From assembly GCF_006345805.1 (NCBI RefSeq), contig NC_043009.1:47678001-47742000 (forward strand): a stretch of 64,000 bases of DNA. The letters run 5' to 3'. This DNA comes from Octopus sinensis (Eukaryota). Shown here piece by piece: positions 26,331 to 40,252 of this stretch; the stretch's first letter is position 1; the number at the start of each line of letters is the position of its first letter. Both the position numbers and the translations under genes were made by a program. The notes under the pieces are model-generated. The model did no database searches. It saw only the letters and a list, made by a program, of their open reading frames with translations, and had not been told where the DNA came from.

Positions 26331-26694
26331 ACACGATGAGTGCCCCATCTTATGTGAGGGTAGCCATTTCACATTCAACCTGATTGTTCTGATTTACTTT
26401 TATCCTTGCATGAGCCTTGCATCAATCACCATAGGATTTTATAGAATACAAAACGAATCAGGAACTGATATGATAAAGAGACATCTGTATGTCATTGGAA
26501 TCAAATGACAAAAGCTTGTACAACACTTTTGCCTCTCTCTCAATCACCATAGTAAATTCAAACATTGAAAGATAACTGGTAGTATTTTGGCTGCAAGTTT
26601 TACATCGGAGTATCTAACTCCTGAAAGAGCTACCTTCTCCATGGCTTTGTCAAAAATAACAGGAACCTCTTCTGTTTCTAGAAAATCTATTTCA

Positions 26695-26913
26695 CCCTTT
26701 CATTACCATATCTATTGAGATGCTTTGTGTTTCTTTCAATTCTTTTAAATATAACAAAGGATTTAATAAAATAACTTCGTTATCATTAAGCTAGTGTTGG
26801 GAACATAAATTGGGAATAAGGTTTGGTGGAAGATTTTAATTCAAAACTTATGAAAACAAGACATTCGTACTACAGAGCCACAGGTGGTTTCAGCTGAGTT
26901 GGTAACAAAAGGG
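26695..26913. mobile_element. Second piggyBac-type MITE family
   Basis: CCCTTTCATTACC...GGTAACAAAAGGG-TTAA; partial copy at 39044-39125. Confidence 0.7.
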
Positions 26914-27107
26914 TTAAGTCATAGATAGGACAGTGACAGGTCCTACCATTCAATTTTAGAATGGATCTGGGAGTAATGATAATTAAGGGGTGAGGCCACA
27001 CTCCCCACAACTGCAGGACTCCAGAATTGGAGCCTCATCACTAGAGGCAGCATACTGTCATACCCAGGTCATGTATCCATGCGCACTTACATGCATATAT
27101 ACATAAC

Positions 27108-27422
27108 TGACACTCCGTTGGTTATGATGACAAGGATTCCAGTTGATCCAATCAATGGAAAAGCCTGCTCCTGAAATTAACATGCAAGTGGTTGGGCACC
27201 AGAGGCACACATATCCTTAATGTACTTCTCAAGGAGATTCAGTGTGACACAGAATGTAATAAAGCTGGTCCTTTGAATTACAGGTACAACTTATTTTTGA
27301 GTAGACTGGAGCAATGTGGAAATAAGTGTCTTCCTCAAGAACACAACTTGTTGCCAGGAATTGAACTCACAACCTTATGATTGTGACCAGATTACCCTAA
27401 CCACTAAGCTATGCATCTTCAT
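27108..27422 (-). mobile_element. SINE family C
   Basis: Reverse complement of family C, head ACCCTAACCACTAAGCTATGC. Confidence 0.8.
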
Positions 27423-28016
27423 ATACATACATACACACATACATACATATAACACACCACACACACACAATGGGCTTCCACACAGTTTCTGTCAACCAAA
27501 TTTACTCATAAGACATTGGTAAGCCTGGGGATATAGTAGAAGACACTTAATCAAGATGCTGTACAGTGAGGCTGCAAAGCAAGCATTGTACCCACACATC
27601 CAGGCCTGCATCTGCAATATTTTTAATGTTTTTCTTGCATTTTGGCATTTAGCTCATTATTGAAGAATCTGATTGGTAGATGTGAGGTAAATTTATGAAT
27701 AAAACTGCTAGTTGAAAAAAAAAAAACTGTCACCTTTGTCTTTATGAGCTCCCAATATATAAAAATGATTGCACGGTACAAATACACAGAATGTTTAAAA
27801 TATAAAACAGTTTTCTAAGATACATGAAAGCTCTTCTGCAAGATTCCAGAATGAAGTACTCCGATCTATATAAAATAGCTATGAGGAAATATCTAAAGTT
27901 ACCATTATTAGTGATGTCATGTCACTAAAGAACAGGTCTTTGGGTTTGCTTATGCAACATTCCAAGCAATAACATTATTTAAAGCTCTTCACATGCATGC
28001 ATACACACACACACAC

Positions 28017-28058
<42 letters not shown>

Positions 28059-28624
28059 ATTTTGATGCAAACAGAAAAATAAATAGAACTTCAGGTATGA
28101 GTATAAGTATATCTTTATTAATATTTAGCAGAAGCAACAGAGTGACTCAAGATCTGAGAGTTTCATACATTGGCACCTATTTAGTGCCAAAGCACAAAAC
28201 TCTCAGACCTTGAGTCACAATATATTTATATTTATATTTATATTTATGTATATATATCAAATGAAGTTTAAAAAGAAGAGGATTTTATTCAGCCAGAGTT
28301 TTAAGAAGACGCAGGAAATGAAAGGTGCTTAGCATCTTAATCGCACAAAATCTTTTAAGTTAAAATTTTACGTTGTACAACAATGTAATTTATAGACCAA
28401 TAGAATATGTCAAACTGTAAGTATACAAGTTACATTCAAAATTATGAATTTTTAGGAAATTTAAGTAAAAAAAATAACTATTGGTGAGAATATTAAGGGT
28501 TAATAAAGAGATTAAATATTCAAGTATTTTTTATATATGCATCTTCAATTATATGCAAGCATGTATACACAGACACTTTATCACACAATTACACTGTTCC
28601 ATTTTTAATATAATGACAATAATT

Positions 28625-28976
28625 TGTGTGTGTGTGTGTGTGTGTGTGCATATATGTCATTTTCCCTGTGCATATTTTTTTGTTGTTAAATACATTGAAT
28701 TTCTCAAAATTCTGCCAAAGGAGATTTTGATTTACTTGTCGTACATGAGGATTTACCTTGGATGTGTATTCTACTGATATTTACTGGTGACTAATTGTTG
28801 GATATTGGTAACCAAATTCTTTTAATATTGAGTGCTTTATTGATATCTGCCAGGATTTTTAAGTCCCCTTTTATCCTTCTTAATACATACATACATACAT
28901 GCTTTTACACATACACATAAATGCACACACACTTAACAAAATACACACACACACATACACACACGTGTATGTACAT

Positions 28977-29016
<40 letters not shown>

Positions 29017-29345
29017 ATATATGTCATTTTCCCTGTGCATATTTTTTTGTTGTTAAATACATTGAATTTCTCAAAATTCTGCCAAAGGAGATTTTGATTT
29101 ACTTGTCGTACATGAGGATTTACCTTGGATGTGTATTCTACTGATATTTACTGGTGACTAATTGTTGGATATTGGTAACCAAATTCTTTTAATATTGAGT
29201 GCTTTATTGATATCTGCCAGGATTTTTAAGTCCCCTTTTATCCTTCTTAATACATACATACATACATGCTTTTACACATACACATAAATGCACACACACT
29301 TAACAAAATACACACACACACACATACACACACGTGTATGTACAT

Positions 29346-29378
<33 letters not shown>
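28625..29378. repeat. Near-perfect tandem duplication, period ~367 bp, bounded by (TG)n
   Basis: 28649-28990 repeated from 29016 onward; differences only in microsatellite length. Confidence 0.95.
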
Positions 29379-29381
<3 letters not shown>

Positions 29382-29911
29382 AAAACTCAGAGTAGTGATG
29401 CAGGAAAGCTTCATATAAATCAATGAACTCTACTATATATATTTAAGTATTGAGTACTTTTTTCCATTGCTTGTAAATTCAGATGTACATTATATAACTA
29501 AGTATATTCTCTCTCTCTCACACACACATACACACACTCACACAATTCTAATTAAATGTGCAAAACTCGGAGTAGTGATGAAAGAAAGCTTCAAATTCAA
29601 ATAAATCAAGAAACTCTGCTACAAGCATTGAGTACTTTTTTCTTCTATTTGTAAATTCAAACATATATTATATAACTATGTGTATATGCATGTATGTGTA
29701 TATGCTTGTGCACAGGTATACATAAATGTAGGTGTATCCTTGTCGACATATAAAAATCCACATGTATTTATGTTTCTTACATCTAGAACAAACAAAAATA
29801 AATAAAATATACAGAAATTTTTTGCCATGGGCTCCAACAAGGGCATGCACAGCATCACAGCAACAGAACATATCTATGTTGATGTGTATACAGTGGGTAC
29901 CTTAGTCTCAC

Positions 29912-30169
29912 CTTTCTTCTATGTCACACCTTATGACTATCAACAATATACTTGTCAATTTTTAGTACTTGTATACATTGGTGGTAGTGGTGGTGGTGGA
30001 ATTTGTAGTAGTAGTAGTAGTAGTAGAAGTAGTAGTGTCATAACTATACTAAATCCTTCTGCTGTTATGATGCTTAATATTGATGGCTTTAGAAGCAATT
30101 AACACCAAAATATTGGCTGGAATTTTTTGGTGGTTGAGGTGGTGGTGGTGGTGTTGTTCATAGTGATAC
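29912..30169 (-). other. Candidate non-coding (5'UTR or lncRNA) exon
   Basis: Acceptor TTTTTTCATATTCATGATTCCGCTACAG|G at 30170; donor AAG|GTGAGA at 29911; no long ORF. Confidence 0.3.
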
Positions 30170-31019
30170 CTGTAGCGGAATCATGAATATGAAAAAATGA
30201 AAAAAATTCACCGACATTAATCTAAACAAACTATTTTTTCAATTCATTCGGTGGAAAATTCTTCTCTAAATATTTACTCTACTTCTTCAATTTTTTTTTT
30301 ATATCATATGTAATATATTTATTTTTTTGTTTGATTTTGGTAATTTGTTTTCTGTCTGATTAATTTTCAAAAGTAAGTGACATTTCTTTAAATATATAAA
30401 CAAAAATAAATAAACAATAACTAGAAACACGAAGAAATTGACAAGAAATGTAATGTAAATAATCTCCATGTGAAATGTCAAAAAGTCGAAAATAGAAAAT
30501 GACTTAAACGACAAAACTGATTGATTTTGTTAATTATCATCTGTCAGATAAGTGGAGCTATATAATAACATAAGCTGAAAATAAATCAACTTATTAATTA
30601 TCCATACAGTATATTCTTTGATAAATGAGTGATGTAAAACATGAAGGATTTAATTTCTTTTTTCTTTTTTGAGATTTATCAATTAATCCAATCTAAAAAT
30701 AACAACCAGCCCTACAAAAGCCAGTGAGTGACACATTAAACCGAAACCAGAGAAGAGAATAAAATAATATACTCACATAAATAAAAAAAAAAATGCGGTG
30801 GGTAAATAAAAAAAAAAGTTATCTCCTGCCAGTGAATGAAGTCTATCGGCACCTTTTAACCCGAACAGCAAAAAACATAAGGAAGTGAGATACTCAATAT
30901 CTATATAGAAGCAGCAGTAGCAGCAGTAAGAGTAGAAGAAGAAAGGGCAGCAGACATCTACAGTTGAAGCTGCACAAAGGAGACTGCTACTAATTCATCT
31001 TCATCACAACACACTAGGC

Positions 31020-31200
31020 ACTAAGAAAGTAGGCTGCAACAGCGTCACCGAAAGAAGTAGCAGTGTTTGAAATGACTTGTTCTTGGTAACAGTTCTGACG
31101 TTTTAAAAGGGATAGGTTGAAAGACGGACGTCACGTCGGAAGTAAACAGAATCAATGGAACAGACAAGCATTTTTCAGCTCTTGTAATCTCAGTTGATTT
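31020..31200. promoter_or_regulatory. Candidate pol II promoter (CRE/ATF-like GACGTCACGT, ETS CGGAAGT, forkhead GTAAACA)
   Basis: Overlapping motifs at 31127-31148, local CpG enrichment, TE-free flank, minus-strand donor GTGAGT at 30776. Confidence 0.45.
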
Positions 31201-31435
31201 CTGTTGCTGACATTGCTTTGACGCTACACTGATGGGTGACATAGCACTACTGTCAGTGTGTGTACGTGTGTGTGTGTGTGTGTGTGTGCATGTGTGTATG
31301 TGTGTATGATTATACGCAAGTGTTAAGTCTTTAAAAAAACATATACTTAAATGATGCGCACATGCATACACACACACATGCACGCATATATATATAGTTC
31401 AACACCCATGGAAAATGGACATTAAATTATGATCA

Positions 31436-31437
<2 letters not shown>

Positions 31438-31504
<67 letters not shown>

Positions 31505-31565
31505 TATATATGTATGTATATAAATGTGTTTATACACACACACACATGCACACACACACACACAC

Positions 31566-31599
<34 letters not shown>

Positions 31600-31745
31600 A
31601 GAGAGAGAGAGAGAGAAAGAGGGTGAGATGCATGCCTATATAGAAATACATGTGTGCGTTTATTGTCAAAAGTCTACTTGGAGTTTCATCCAGGACTGAG
31701 CAAAAAATAACAATAACAATAAAAATAATAATAATAATAATAATA

Positions 31746-31786
<41 letters not shown>

Positions 31787-31796
31787 AATAATAATA

Positions 31797-31847
<51 letters not shown>

Positions 31848-31882
31848 GTAATAATAATAATAATAATGATAATAATAATAAT
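31438..31882. repeat. Compound (TA)n, (CA)n, (GA)n, (TAA)n/(TGA)n microsatellites
   Basis: Directly visible. Confidence 0.95.
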
Positions 31883-32274
31883 GGTAAACATACTAATCCA
31901 TACTATCAAACATTTTTCAGTTCTGTATTAAATAATGTTCAAACTATGTAAAATAAATTTCTGATATGTAATATATGTTACAATTCTGATGCATGTGTTG
32001 CGTGTGTGTGAGAGAGAGAGTCCGGTGTTGGTGTGTTTACATCTTTGTAAATTAGCGATTCGGCAAAAGTGACTGATAGAATAAGTATCAGGCACAAGAA
32101 AAAAGTATTGGGGTCGATTAGTTCAATTATAATTCTTCAGGGTGGTGCCCCAGAATGGTCGCAATGTAATGACTGCAAAATGTAAAAGCATAAGAAAATA
32201 TGTATACAGATATAGATAGATACATAATAATGAATACATAAATATATATTCATATACAGACACATTTGTACATA

Positions 32275-32922
32275 AACACACACATGCACAGTCTCTCTTT
32301 CTCTCACTCTCTCACACACAGAGTCTCTCTCTATCACTCTCTCTGTCACATACACACAGTCTTTCTCTCTTTCTCACACACATACATGTCTCTCCATCAC
32401 TCTCTCTCTCACGCACATGCACACACAGAGTCTCTCTCTCTATCTCTCTCTGTCACATACAGAGTTTCTCTCTCTCTCTCTCTCTCTCTTACACACAGAG
32501 AGTCTCTCTCTCTCTTTCTCACACACATACATGTCTCTCCCTTGCTCTCACTAACTCCCTACACCTTGATCATCTTTTAATCCTACCTTTAAACACACAC
32601 ACACACACACATAGAAGCACATACACGCACACAGACACACACACAGTCTCTCTCTCACACACACACACATAGAAGCACATACACGCACACAGACACACAC
32701 ACAGTCTCTCTCTCACACACACACACATAGTCTTCCTCTATTTTATTCAGTCTCTCTCTCTCTCACACACACACACATCCCTCCCTCCCTCCCTCACTCT
32801 CTCTCTCTCTCACATGTCTCTCCCAAGCTTCCTCACAAACACACACACACACACAGTCTCTCTCTCATACACACATAGTCTGTCTCTCTCTGTCCACCCC
32901 TCTCTCTCTCTCAAACACACAG
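32275..32922. repeat. CT/CA low-complexity region with a 56-bp tandem unit (32594-32730)
   Basis: CACATAGAAGCACATACACGCACACAGACAC repeated twice. Confidence 0.85.
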
Positions 32923-33849
32923 ATAAAAGGAGTCTATAAGAAAGTTATTCATCTCATTCACTCGTTCAGAGGCACAACCACATTATCACAGCAGAACATG
33001 ATAAAACATTAAATTAGCCAGGTCCTTGCATTCAGTGAGGCGTGTTAGAAAATAGTTGCCAGTTTGGCTGTAATTGCTATTATTGCCACAATCATGTAAC
33101 ATTATCACAACCACTACCATGACCATATTAGCCGATGAAGGGAGCCTTTGTGTGGTGGAACAATTTGCTAGAAATAGCAGACAAAATTTTCTTCCACTCA
33201 CAATGCTGTTTTAGGAAAAGGACACATTAGATAATGTAGTCCGGATATCTGAGAACAGAGAGAAAGTTATGGTTTCAAATATTGCCTTATCAGGGCTGAC
33301 ATGGAGCTAAACAATATCGGCAACAACAACAATTACAAAGATGAAGCAAGCCTACTAATGGATGACAACAATTATAATAGGATGTTTTCATTATATAAAA
33401 GCAATCAATATGAACATGTACTACTGACACAATATCTATATAAGATGATGATACATTTATATATATAAATAGAAATATATATATAAATATATATGCACAT
33501 GTACACATACATACATACACACATACATATATTTATATAACATATACATGTATGGCGTGGCTGTGTGTTAAGAAGTTTGCTTCTCAATCACATGGTTCTG
33601 AGTTCAGTTCCACTGTGTGGCACCTTGAGCAAGTGTCTTTTCCTACAGCCTCAAGCTGATCACAGTTTGTCCTTGTGGTCCACAAGGACCTTGAACCCAC
33701 AAGAGAGACAGAGACAGGCAGAAACAAGGAAAATGCCACTTGTATTTGAAGACTATACAAATATTCTTTTAAAAAAACTTTTCTTTTAACTTTTCTAAAT
33801 TTAATTATTTAATTGTTACAGTTGAAAAAGTCTCAATGACTTTATATAT

Positions 33850-34255
33850 ATGCACAGGAGTGGCCGTGTGGTAAGTAATTTGCTTACCAACCACATGGTT
33901 CCGGGTTCAGTCCCACTGCATGACACCTTCTACTATAGACTTGGCCTGACCAAAGCCTCGTAAGTGGATTTGGTAGGCGAAAACTGAAAGAAGCCTGTCA
34001 TATATATATATATATTTATGTGTGTATATGTTTGTGTGTCTGTGTTTGCCCCCTTCCCACCACCACCACCAACATCGCTTGACAACTGATGTTTGTGTGT
34101 TTATGTCCCTGTAACTTAGCAGTTCGGCAAAAGAGACCAATAGAATATGTACTAGGTTTACGAAGAATAATTCTTGTGGGTTGATTTGCTTGACTAAAGG
34201 CGGTGCTCCAGCATGGCCACAGTCAAATGACTGAAACCAGTAAAAGAATAAAAGA
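33850..34255 (+). mobile_element. SINE family A, full length
   Basis: Consensus head, body and tail. Confidence 0.9.
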
Positions 34256-34743
34256 ACATATATATATGCACACACACTAACACATGTCATACATACAGAC
34301 ACACATATCAAATGAGCACAGACATGGCTGTGTGAGTAAGAAGTAAGAAGTTTGCTTCATGACTACATGTTTTCAAGTTCAATTCTACTCTTTAGCTATC
34401 GCCTCAGGTTACCCAATGCTTTCTGTAACTGAGAGAGTATGAAATCTCATCACCCCCCCCCACACACACACATTCCATGGTTTCGCTCAAGTGAAAGTGT
34501 GATATGAAGTTTTCATTCCTTGCTGACATTACAACCTGTTAACCCTTTTAGTGAGGAAAGCAGATATATCCACTTAAAATTTCCTTACCCTTAACTACAG
34601 AAAGTAGTTTTTACATACCAACGTCTCTTTTGTTGAGGAATATCGTGTTCAACACTATTTTCTGTTGAGATGTGAAGTTTATTGAGGCAACAACTTGACT
34701 TGTAGAAAAAAATCAGTTCTGGTTTTTTGGAAGACATTTGACA

Positions 34744-35090
34744 TGTGAAGATGCATAGCTCAGTGGTTAGAGTGTCAAGATCACAATCATGAAGTAGTGA
34801 GTTTGATTCCCAGACCAGGCTGTGTGTTGTGTTCTAGAGCAAGACACTTTATTTCACATTGCTGTAGTTCACTGAACTGTAGAAATGAGTTGCGATGTCA
34901 CTGGTACCAAGCTGTATCAGCATTTGCCTTTCCCTTGGATAACATCAGTGGCATGGAGAAGAGAGGCTGATATGCATGGGTGACTACTGGTTACCCATAA
35001 TCAACCTTGCTGAGACTTGTGCCTCGAAGAGGCTCTTTCTAGGTGCAATCCTAGAATGGTCATTCATTACTAAAGTGGGACTTTACCTTG
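34744..35090 (+). mobile_element. SINE family C variant
   Basis: tRNA-like head AGCTCAGTGGTTAGAGTG..GTTTGATTCCC; 3' part shared with 47950-48262. Confidence 0.8.
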
Positions 35091-35727
35091 TTTGACAAGA
35101 CTACTGAAATAACCATGAAATTTAATTTCACAGTTAAAGGGTTGGTCTGGGCTTTTAAAAACCAGTGCAATAAAGGATTATCTTACTTAATAAACAAGTA
35201 TAGGATTAGTGACAGGAAGAGTATGAGGCTGTAATTTCCTGCCTCAAACAAGAAGTCACTGTCCAACTCATGCTAGCAAGGAAAAGCAGCCATTAAATGA
35301 ACAGATAATACACACAAAACACGTGAATTCAAGGATGATCTGACAACATATACTATGCTCTCATTAATTAATTTAAGTGTTCATGCAATGGTGAGCACAT
35401 ATAGATGCTCCTCTCATTCAGGCTTTCCATCCATGCCTCAGTGGAACCTTCAGGATGTGACAACTGGAGAGAGTGAGAATTGCATATATTAGTGGGGGTG
35501 AGGGTGGGGTAGCATATTTCGATTTTTTATTGATCCCAAAAGGAAAAATTGACATCAATGGGATTAGAACTCATAATGCAGAGAGCTGGAACAAATATCA
35601 GAATGCATATTAACCAATGCTCTAATGATTCTGCCAAGTCTATAATCTGCATACATGCATACATACACACATACAAACATTCATATGTACGTACGTGCGT
35701 ACATATATATATATATGCAGGCCTGTA

Positions 35728-36947
35728 TCAGGTCATCCCATAAGTTCTATCCGATTTTACTTTTTTAAAAATTGAATGTAATTTAATAGTATTTTAGAAT
35801 GTCTAATGGAATTTAAAATTATTTTTATGCATTTGTGTACATTTAAACTAATTAAATATTATTTTACAGAATAATAGAATTAAAATTTCTTTGATTAAAA
35901 CCCTTTCTAACATGGAAGTATCCAAAGAGCATTTAAGGCACATAATGCTTTATGAGTAAAGAAAGGAAACTCTGCAGCCGAAGCAACTCAAATCATACAC
36001 TCAGTTTATGCGAAAGAATGCTTGAATGAAAGAACTTGCAGAAGATGGTTTGAAAACTTCAGAAATGGAGATTTCAGCCTTGAAGATGTAGATTGAACAG
36101 GACGTCCAGTTGAGTTTGATAAGCTCCTTGAGGCATTACTTGATGAAAATCCTGCATTATCAGTTGAAGAATTGGCAATAAAGCTTAGTTCAAACCATAC
36201 AACTGTTCATCGTCATCTTCAGCAACTTGGAAAGGTTCCTAAACTTGGAAAATGGGTGCCTCATGAATTGTCCGAAAGCAACAGCAAATCCCGAGTTGAC
36301 ATCTGCTCTTCTCTCCATTCTCACAAACTCATTTCACTCTTTTTGGATAGACTTGTGACTGGTGACGAAAAATGGATCTTCTATCGAAATGTTAAATGTC
36401 GTAAACAGTAGCTTGGTAAAAAGGAAAAAGCTCAACCACAACTGAGAAGGGAACTTCACGGAAAAAAAGGTTCTACTCTCTATCTGATGAAATTGCAAAG
36501 AAGTAATTCACTTTGAATGGTTACCACCTAAAGCAACAATCAATGCTCAACTCTACTGTAAGCAATTAGAGCGTTTGAACCAAGCTTTGAAGAAAAAGAG
36601 ACCCGCTTTAGTGAATTGAAAAGGAGTTATGTTTCATCAGGACAATGAGCAACCCCACACTGCAAAGATCACATCACAGAAGATCAAAGAGCTTGGTTGG
36701 GAAAAAATTCCTCATCCACCTAATTCTCCCGACCTTGCTCCTTCAGACTACCATTTGTTTCATAGTTACAGAATCATTTGGGGGACATAACTTTCGCAAG
36801 CCAGGAGAAGGTTGAAACAGACATTTCAGAGTCCTTTGCTTTGAAACCAAAAGAGTTTTACACTGATGGGATTAAAAAGCTTGTAAATAGATGGAAGGAA
36901 GTCATAGATAATCAGGGAAAGTACACTGATGATTAAATTTCAATTAA
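35728..36947 (+). mobile_element. mariner (DD34D) transposon, pseudogenised, right TIR missing
   Basis: TA-TCAGGTCATCCCATAAG left end; transposase from ATG 35912 with WVPHEL, VTGDEKW, HQDN and SPDLAPSDYHLF motifs; multiple stops and frameshifts. Confidence 0.92.
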
Positions 36948-38429
36948 ATGTATGTCTATGCAAGTGTGTGTTTGTGTGTAGCCTTGTATAGACATCATGT
37001 AATGATTGTAAATGAGCATCACTGTCATATAAGTATAAGTGATGTTGTTTGTTTCAAGTCAGCCATTGGAATATATTACCTTGCTATATTACATCTAGCT
37101 GTAGAAAAAAACTGTCTGAATGAATTCAATGTTACCCATGCAAGTATGGAAAAGTGGGCATTACGTGATGATGATGATGATGATGATGATGATGACGACG
37201 ATGACAACAATGATATTACATTTGTAAAATGCATATACTGCCTTTTGCTTACTGACCTTGTATTTTATTATTTCTGATACCTGAGACTGTAAATTGGTTT
37301 AGCTAACAACCATTGTTGAAACGACTACAATGAAATTTATTTAGTAATGAACGATGAATGTACATGCTACCAAAAGTTTGTCAGCTCACATATGACTCAT
37401 GGGTCAGAAGGAAATGTTTCCAGATAATCCTATAACAAAAGGTGGATCTCAAGGAATATTTTATGTCAATTGTTGGAAAGGTAAATATTTACATGTTCCA
37501 TTTTCTAAAAAATATGTTTGAAGACAAAACCAATAGACTTTATTTTCACTCATTTTGTTTGCCATGTCATCTTGAATTTCATGTGAGTAAACACAAAATT
37601 TCAAACTTCAAATCTCAACCATAAGAAATTATATGAAGACCATGAAAGGTTAAGAATCTTTTTTCATTTTGTCTGTTCATTTATTTTTAAGCTTTTTTTT
37701 TCTGGCTAACATGGGTTGGGTGAAAACATATTGGTGAAATATTGTTTCATAGCAAGATGACCCCCATCTCTCTGCCCTGCCCCCAGCTGCTATCTCTTAT
37801 TTGTTTTCCATGTAAATGATTTTATTTTGTTTTGCATGTCTTTGAAAGCACAGAACTACCAATTGAATTGCTGACAGGGAAATGACAACAGAAAACACCA
37901 GCTGTGGCACATGGAACTACAGAGTGTAAATATTTACATAGAGCCACATGTGTGTGTGTGCATACACACACACCCATGACAGTCTTTGTATAGATTCCAA
38001 GTATCAATTCACTCACAAAGCATTAGCTGGCCTGGGGCAATAGCAAACAATGACACTTGCCCAAGGTACTGCACAGAACACAGAACCATGTGGTTGTGAA
38101 ACAAATTTCTTAACTACACAGCCATACCAATATTTCATAGTCATGCCTCATAGCTGTACTTGCACCTATTTGTATTACAAAATAGAGTAGAAATTTCCAA
38201 TGCAGAAAAGATTCATGAGGACTTTTTTTATGCTAAAGTAAGAAAAAAAAAATTAAATATGACCTTAATTACAGGAATTTAGGCATAGGGTAAAAGAGGG
38301 CAATCAACAATGTTGCTTTGAATTTTTGGTAGAATTTATAAAGTAGGGTTATCAAAGAATTATTGTTAATAAAAGTACATTTATCAAAATGAAACACGTA
38401 AAATATTTTGATACAAGCATTGCTTTCTG

Positions 38430-38815
38430 CTATAAGCATAATGCTTGAAATTTGGGGGAGAGGACTAATTGATCACATCAACCCCAGTTGCTTGACTAGT
38501 ACTTCTTTTATTGACACTGAAAGGATGAAAAGTAAAGTTGACTTTGGTGGAATTTGAACTCAGAACATAAAGACATGAAATGCCACTAAACATTTTGTCT
38601 GGTGTGCTAACGATTGGTTTCAAATTCTGACACAAGGCCAGCAACTTTTTTTTTTGAGGTGGGGGTAAGTCTATTACATTGACCCCAGTACTCAACTGGT
38701 ACCTATTTTATTGACCCCCCCCCAAAAAAAAAGTATGTGAACTCAGAACATAAAGACAGAGGAAATGCTGCTAAATATTTTGCTCAGCGTGCTAACAATC
38801 TGCCAGCTTGCCCCC
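38430..38815 (-). mobile_element. Two tandem old SINE B-related copies
   Basis: AAGGATGAAAAGTAAAGTTGACTTTGGTGGAATTTGAACTCAGAAC; alternative 3' end. Confidence 0.7.
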
Positions 38816-38824
38816 TTAATTTTA

Positions 38825-39040
38825 TCCAAATATTACAAGATGTCTAGAAAAGCATCTGGAATAAAGCTAAAGAGACACTCCCAAGGGTGCAGAGGGGTCA
38901 TTTGAAAGAGAAGAGTAGAGTACATGATGACACAATTGATGCCAACTTAGCAGAAAAGATTGACACAAATTATTCACAAGATGAATCCTACTTCAGAAAA
39001 GCAGTGTTTTATGTTTTGACTAATAGTACTATTTCTGGCT
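38825..39040 (+). pseudogene. hAT transposase C-terminal fragment
   Basis: ESYFRKAVFYVLTNSTISGLT resembles the hAT FR..F...D..I..L..RF motif; cut by a piggyBac MITE. Confidence 0.5.
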
Positions 39041-40060
39041 TAACCCTTATGTTACCGTATTTATTTTGAGATGCTCTGTGTTTCTTTCAATTAATCTTAA
39101 ATATAACAAAGAATTTAGTAAAAATCTTCACAAGAAAACTTAATTGCATTCTCTGTAAGATAAATGCAATAAAGTCTTCCCTTGATGAGTTGCAGTGTAG
39201 AAGCGTCCAGTTGCACTTGAAACAGGCAATGCTGTGGTCCCAGACAACCACAACAGTGAAACAAATGATATAAGCATAATTTTATTATAATTTCTCCTAC
39301 ATTTGCTCTGCATATCATAGCCATTTGTACTCCCAAGTATAACAGTAACCAAACCACTACACTTGAAGCAAACTGGATGATAATAATTTAAGTGGAGCAT
39401 TAAATTTGATAGTAGTTGCACATCTAAATGTACATACAAGATAGTTAGTTAGTTAGTTAAGATATTTTATAATATTAACAATGGAAATTTTGCAGCAGAA
39501 ACATAATGTTTATTGTCAGTGCATAGTTTAAAAGCAAAGTTTGAAAAACTAGATCTGAAAGTTTTAGAATTGCCAAATTTATAGAATGATTACAAAGTTT
39601 ATGAAATGTTTTGTAATGTTTGAGAATATTGTTGATAATTTTAGCTACAATAGCAACCAGAGAAAATAGAAAGATCTTTTAGTAAACTCAAACAAACCAA
39701 AACTGTTCTGTGATCTATGAAGTCTTAACCCTGGTTTATTGATATAATAATAATGTGTATATTCAAGCATGGGCCTGAGATTAAGAAAGTCACTCTGCAA
39801 CCCCATGGTTTCGGGTTCAGTCCTGCTGTACAGCACCTTGGACAAGTGTTTTCTATTATAGCTCTGGTAAGTGAAGTTGGGAGATGGAAACTGTGTGGAA
39901 GTTTGTTGTGTGTGTATCTACATCATCATCATCTTTATGTCTGTCTTCCATGCTGACAAGGGTTAAATAGTTTGACAGGAGCTAGTGAGCCAGAGGATTG
40001 CACCAAGCTCTACTATCTGCTTTGGCATGGTTTTTATGGCCAAATTCCCTTCCTAACATC

Positions 40061-40106
<46 letters not shown>

Positions 40107-40252
40107 TATGAGTTAGAGGTTATGCAACCATCTAAGGGATAAATGTATCCATAGGCACTACTGGTGTATTACCTCACTATGTAATAGGCCTTGTTATAAG
40201 GTTAACAGTAGTTGGTAATTTAAATGGTAAAACCATGGTTTAATATATTCAG

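Noticed and set aside
26340-26680. Unique-looking sequence with a ~45-codon open frame on the minus strand
   Set aside because: No convincing splice pair or recognisable protein motif
29824-29858. Small hairpin TGCTGTG..CATGGCA considered as a SECIS or miRNA
   Set aside because: Stem too short; lacks the AUGA/GA quartet and apical AA geometry
34744-34815. tRNA-like sequences at SINE heads (also 5289, 25308, 55281)
   Set aside because: Only A/B-box similarity, no complete cloverleaf, and continuous with SINE bodies
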